Below are positions 63,234 to 64,000 of a stretch of 64,000 nucleotides of DNA, one piece after another. Numbering within the stretch: position 1 is the first letter of the stretch; every line of letters starts with the position of its first letter. The notes below the pieces were generated by a model. That model did no database searches and was not told the DNA's origin. It saw only the letters and a program-made list of their open reading frames with translations. This DNA comes from Podarcis cretensis (lineage: Eukaryota): the NCBI GenBank assembly GCA_951804945.1, contig OX638162.1:37944001-38008000 (forward strand). The letters run 5' to 3'. The position numbers were made by a program, and so were the translations under genes.

Positions 63234-63298
<65 letters not shown>
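63234..63298. repeat. Compound (GT)n(GA)n microsatellite
   Basis: Direct observation. Confidence 0.95.
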
Positions 63299-63302
<4 letters not shown>

Positions 63303-64000
63303 CACACTAGGATATCATCATCTTAAATGATAGGGATAAGCCACTTGCACAAATCATGCATCCAAGCCGGAAAATGCAATTTAAAAAATGAAAGAGTTCA
63401 AAAAGTTGTACGAATGATGGAGTGTGTGCATGTGGAAGATGCATCTCACCTGGGCCATCATTTGCTCCATGGCTGGTCCTGTATGCTCTGTCTCTGCACA
63501 AGAACAGAATATGCTATTGGGTGTCATATTTAGGTCCCCAAGAATCTCTGCTCTTCCTTGATTAAGAAGTCAAGTTTCTAGCTCTTATTGTTCATGTGTG
63601 TGCACATATTAGTGCTTTCTGGCAAAATCTCAGAAGCTCAGAGGGATTGCTGAATCAGATCAGGGAGTGGGGTTTCAGTGGCTTAAAGCTCTGCTCTCTG
63701 CTTCTCCTCTATCTCTTGCAGAAGCAGAACAAATGATGAAAAATGCTTTTAAAAGGAAAGGGAAACGAATGCAGCTGTGCAAATTTGGATGCTGAGTGAC
63801 AACAATGCATTGGTGACACATAAGGTGGCCCTTTTTGCTCTGGCGGCAAAAAAGATCAGGAAGAAGGAATTGGATAAAATAGCCATAAACTGTGAGGGGG
63901 ATTCAGAGGACTCAGTTGCCACTCAGTAGTGTAGACGAGGCGGCATCCCTGTTACTGGATATCTTCCACTGCCTCTCTACTGCTTTTATTTGCAGGTGGC

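Noticed and set aside
1-64000. CRISPR array, rRNA, intact transposase/RT or a novel multi-gene system
   Set aside because: This is eukaryotic intron-rich DNA. The repeats are dispersed transposons, there is no repeat-spacer array, and no long ORF encodes an autonomous element.

Overview
Vertebrate genomic DNA from a squamate, very likely a lacertid lizard judging by the young Sauria-SINE copies. The one complete protein-coding gene is RAB40C on the + strand. It has six coding exons (16944-17085, 41390-41450, 45028-45088, 45847-45924, 46853-47075, 50350-50630) that splice GT-AG into an intact 281-aa Rab GTPase + SOCS box + CaaX protein. A CpG-island promoter and probable non-coding first exon lie at about 13.1-13.6 kb, and a ~2.9-kb 3' UTR follows. 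The rest is intronic or intergenic and rich in transposons: Sauria SINEs, other tRNA SINEs, CR1 and L1 fragments, and Tc1/mariner-type and hAT MITEs. There is one assembly gap. I found no convincing new protein-coding system. The best leads are regulatory or transposon-structural: a uORF whose stop overlaps an in-frame upstream ATG of RAB40C, a divergent TATA-box first exon at ~5.2-5.5 kb, a TIR transposon family with 6-bp TSDs, a 5'-inverted SINE, a duplicated LINE-tail+MITE cassette, and internally deleted LINEs.
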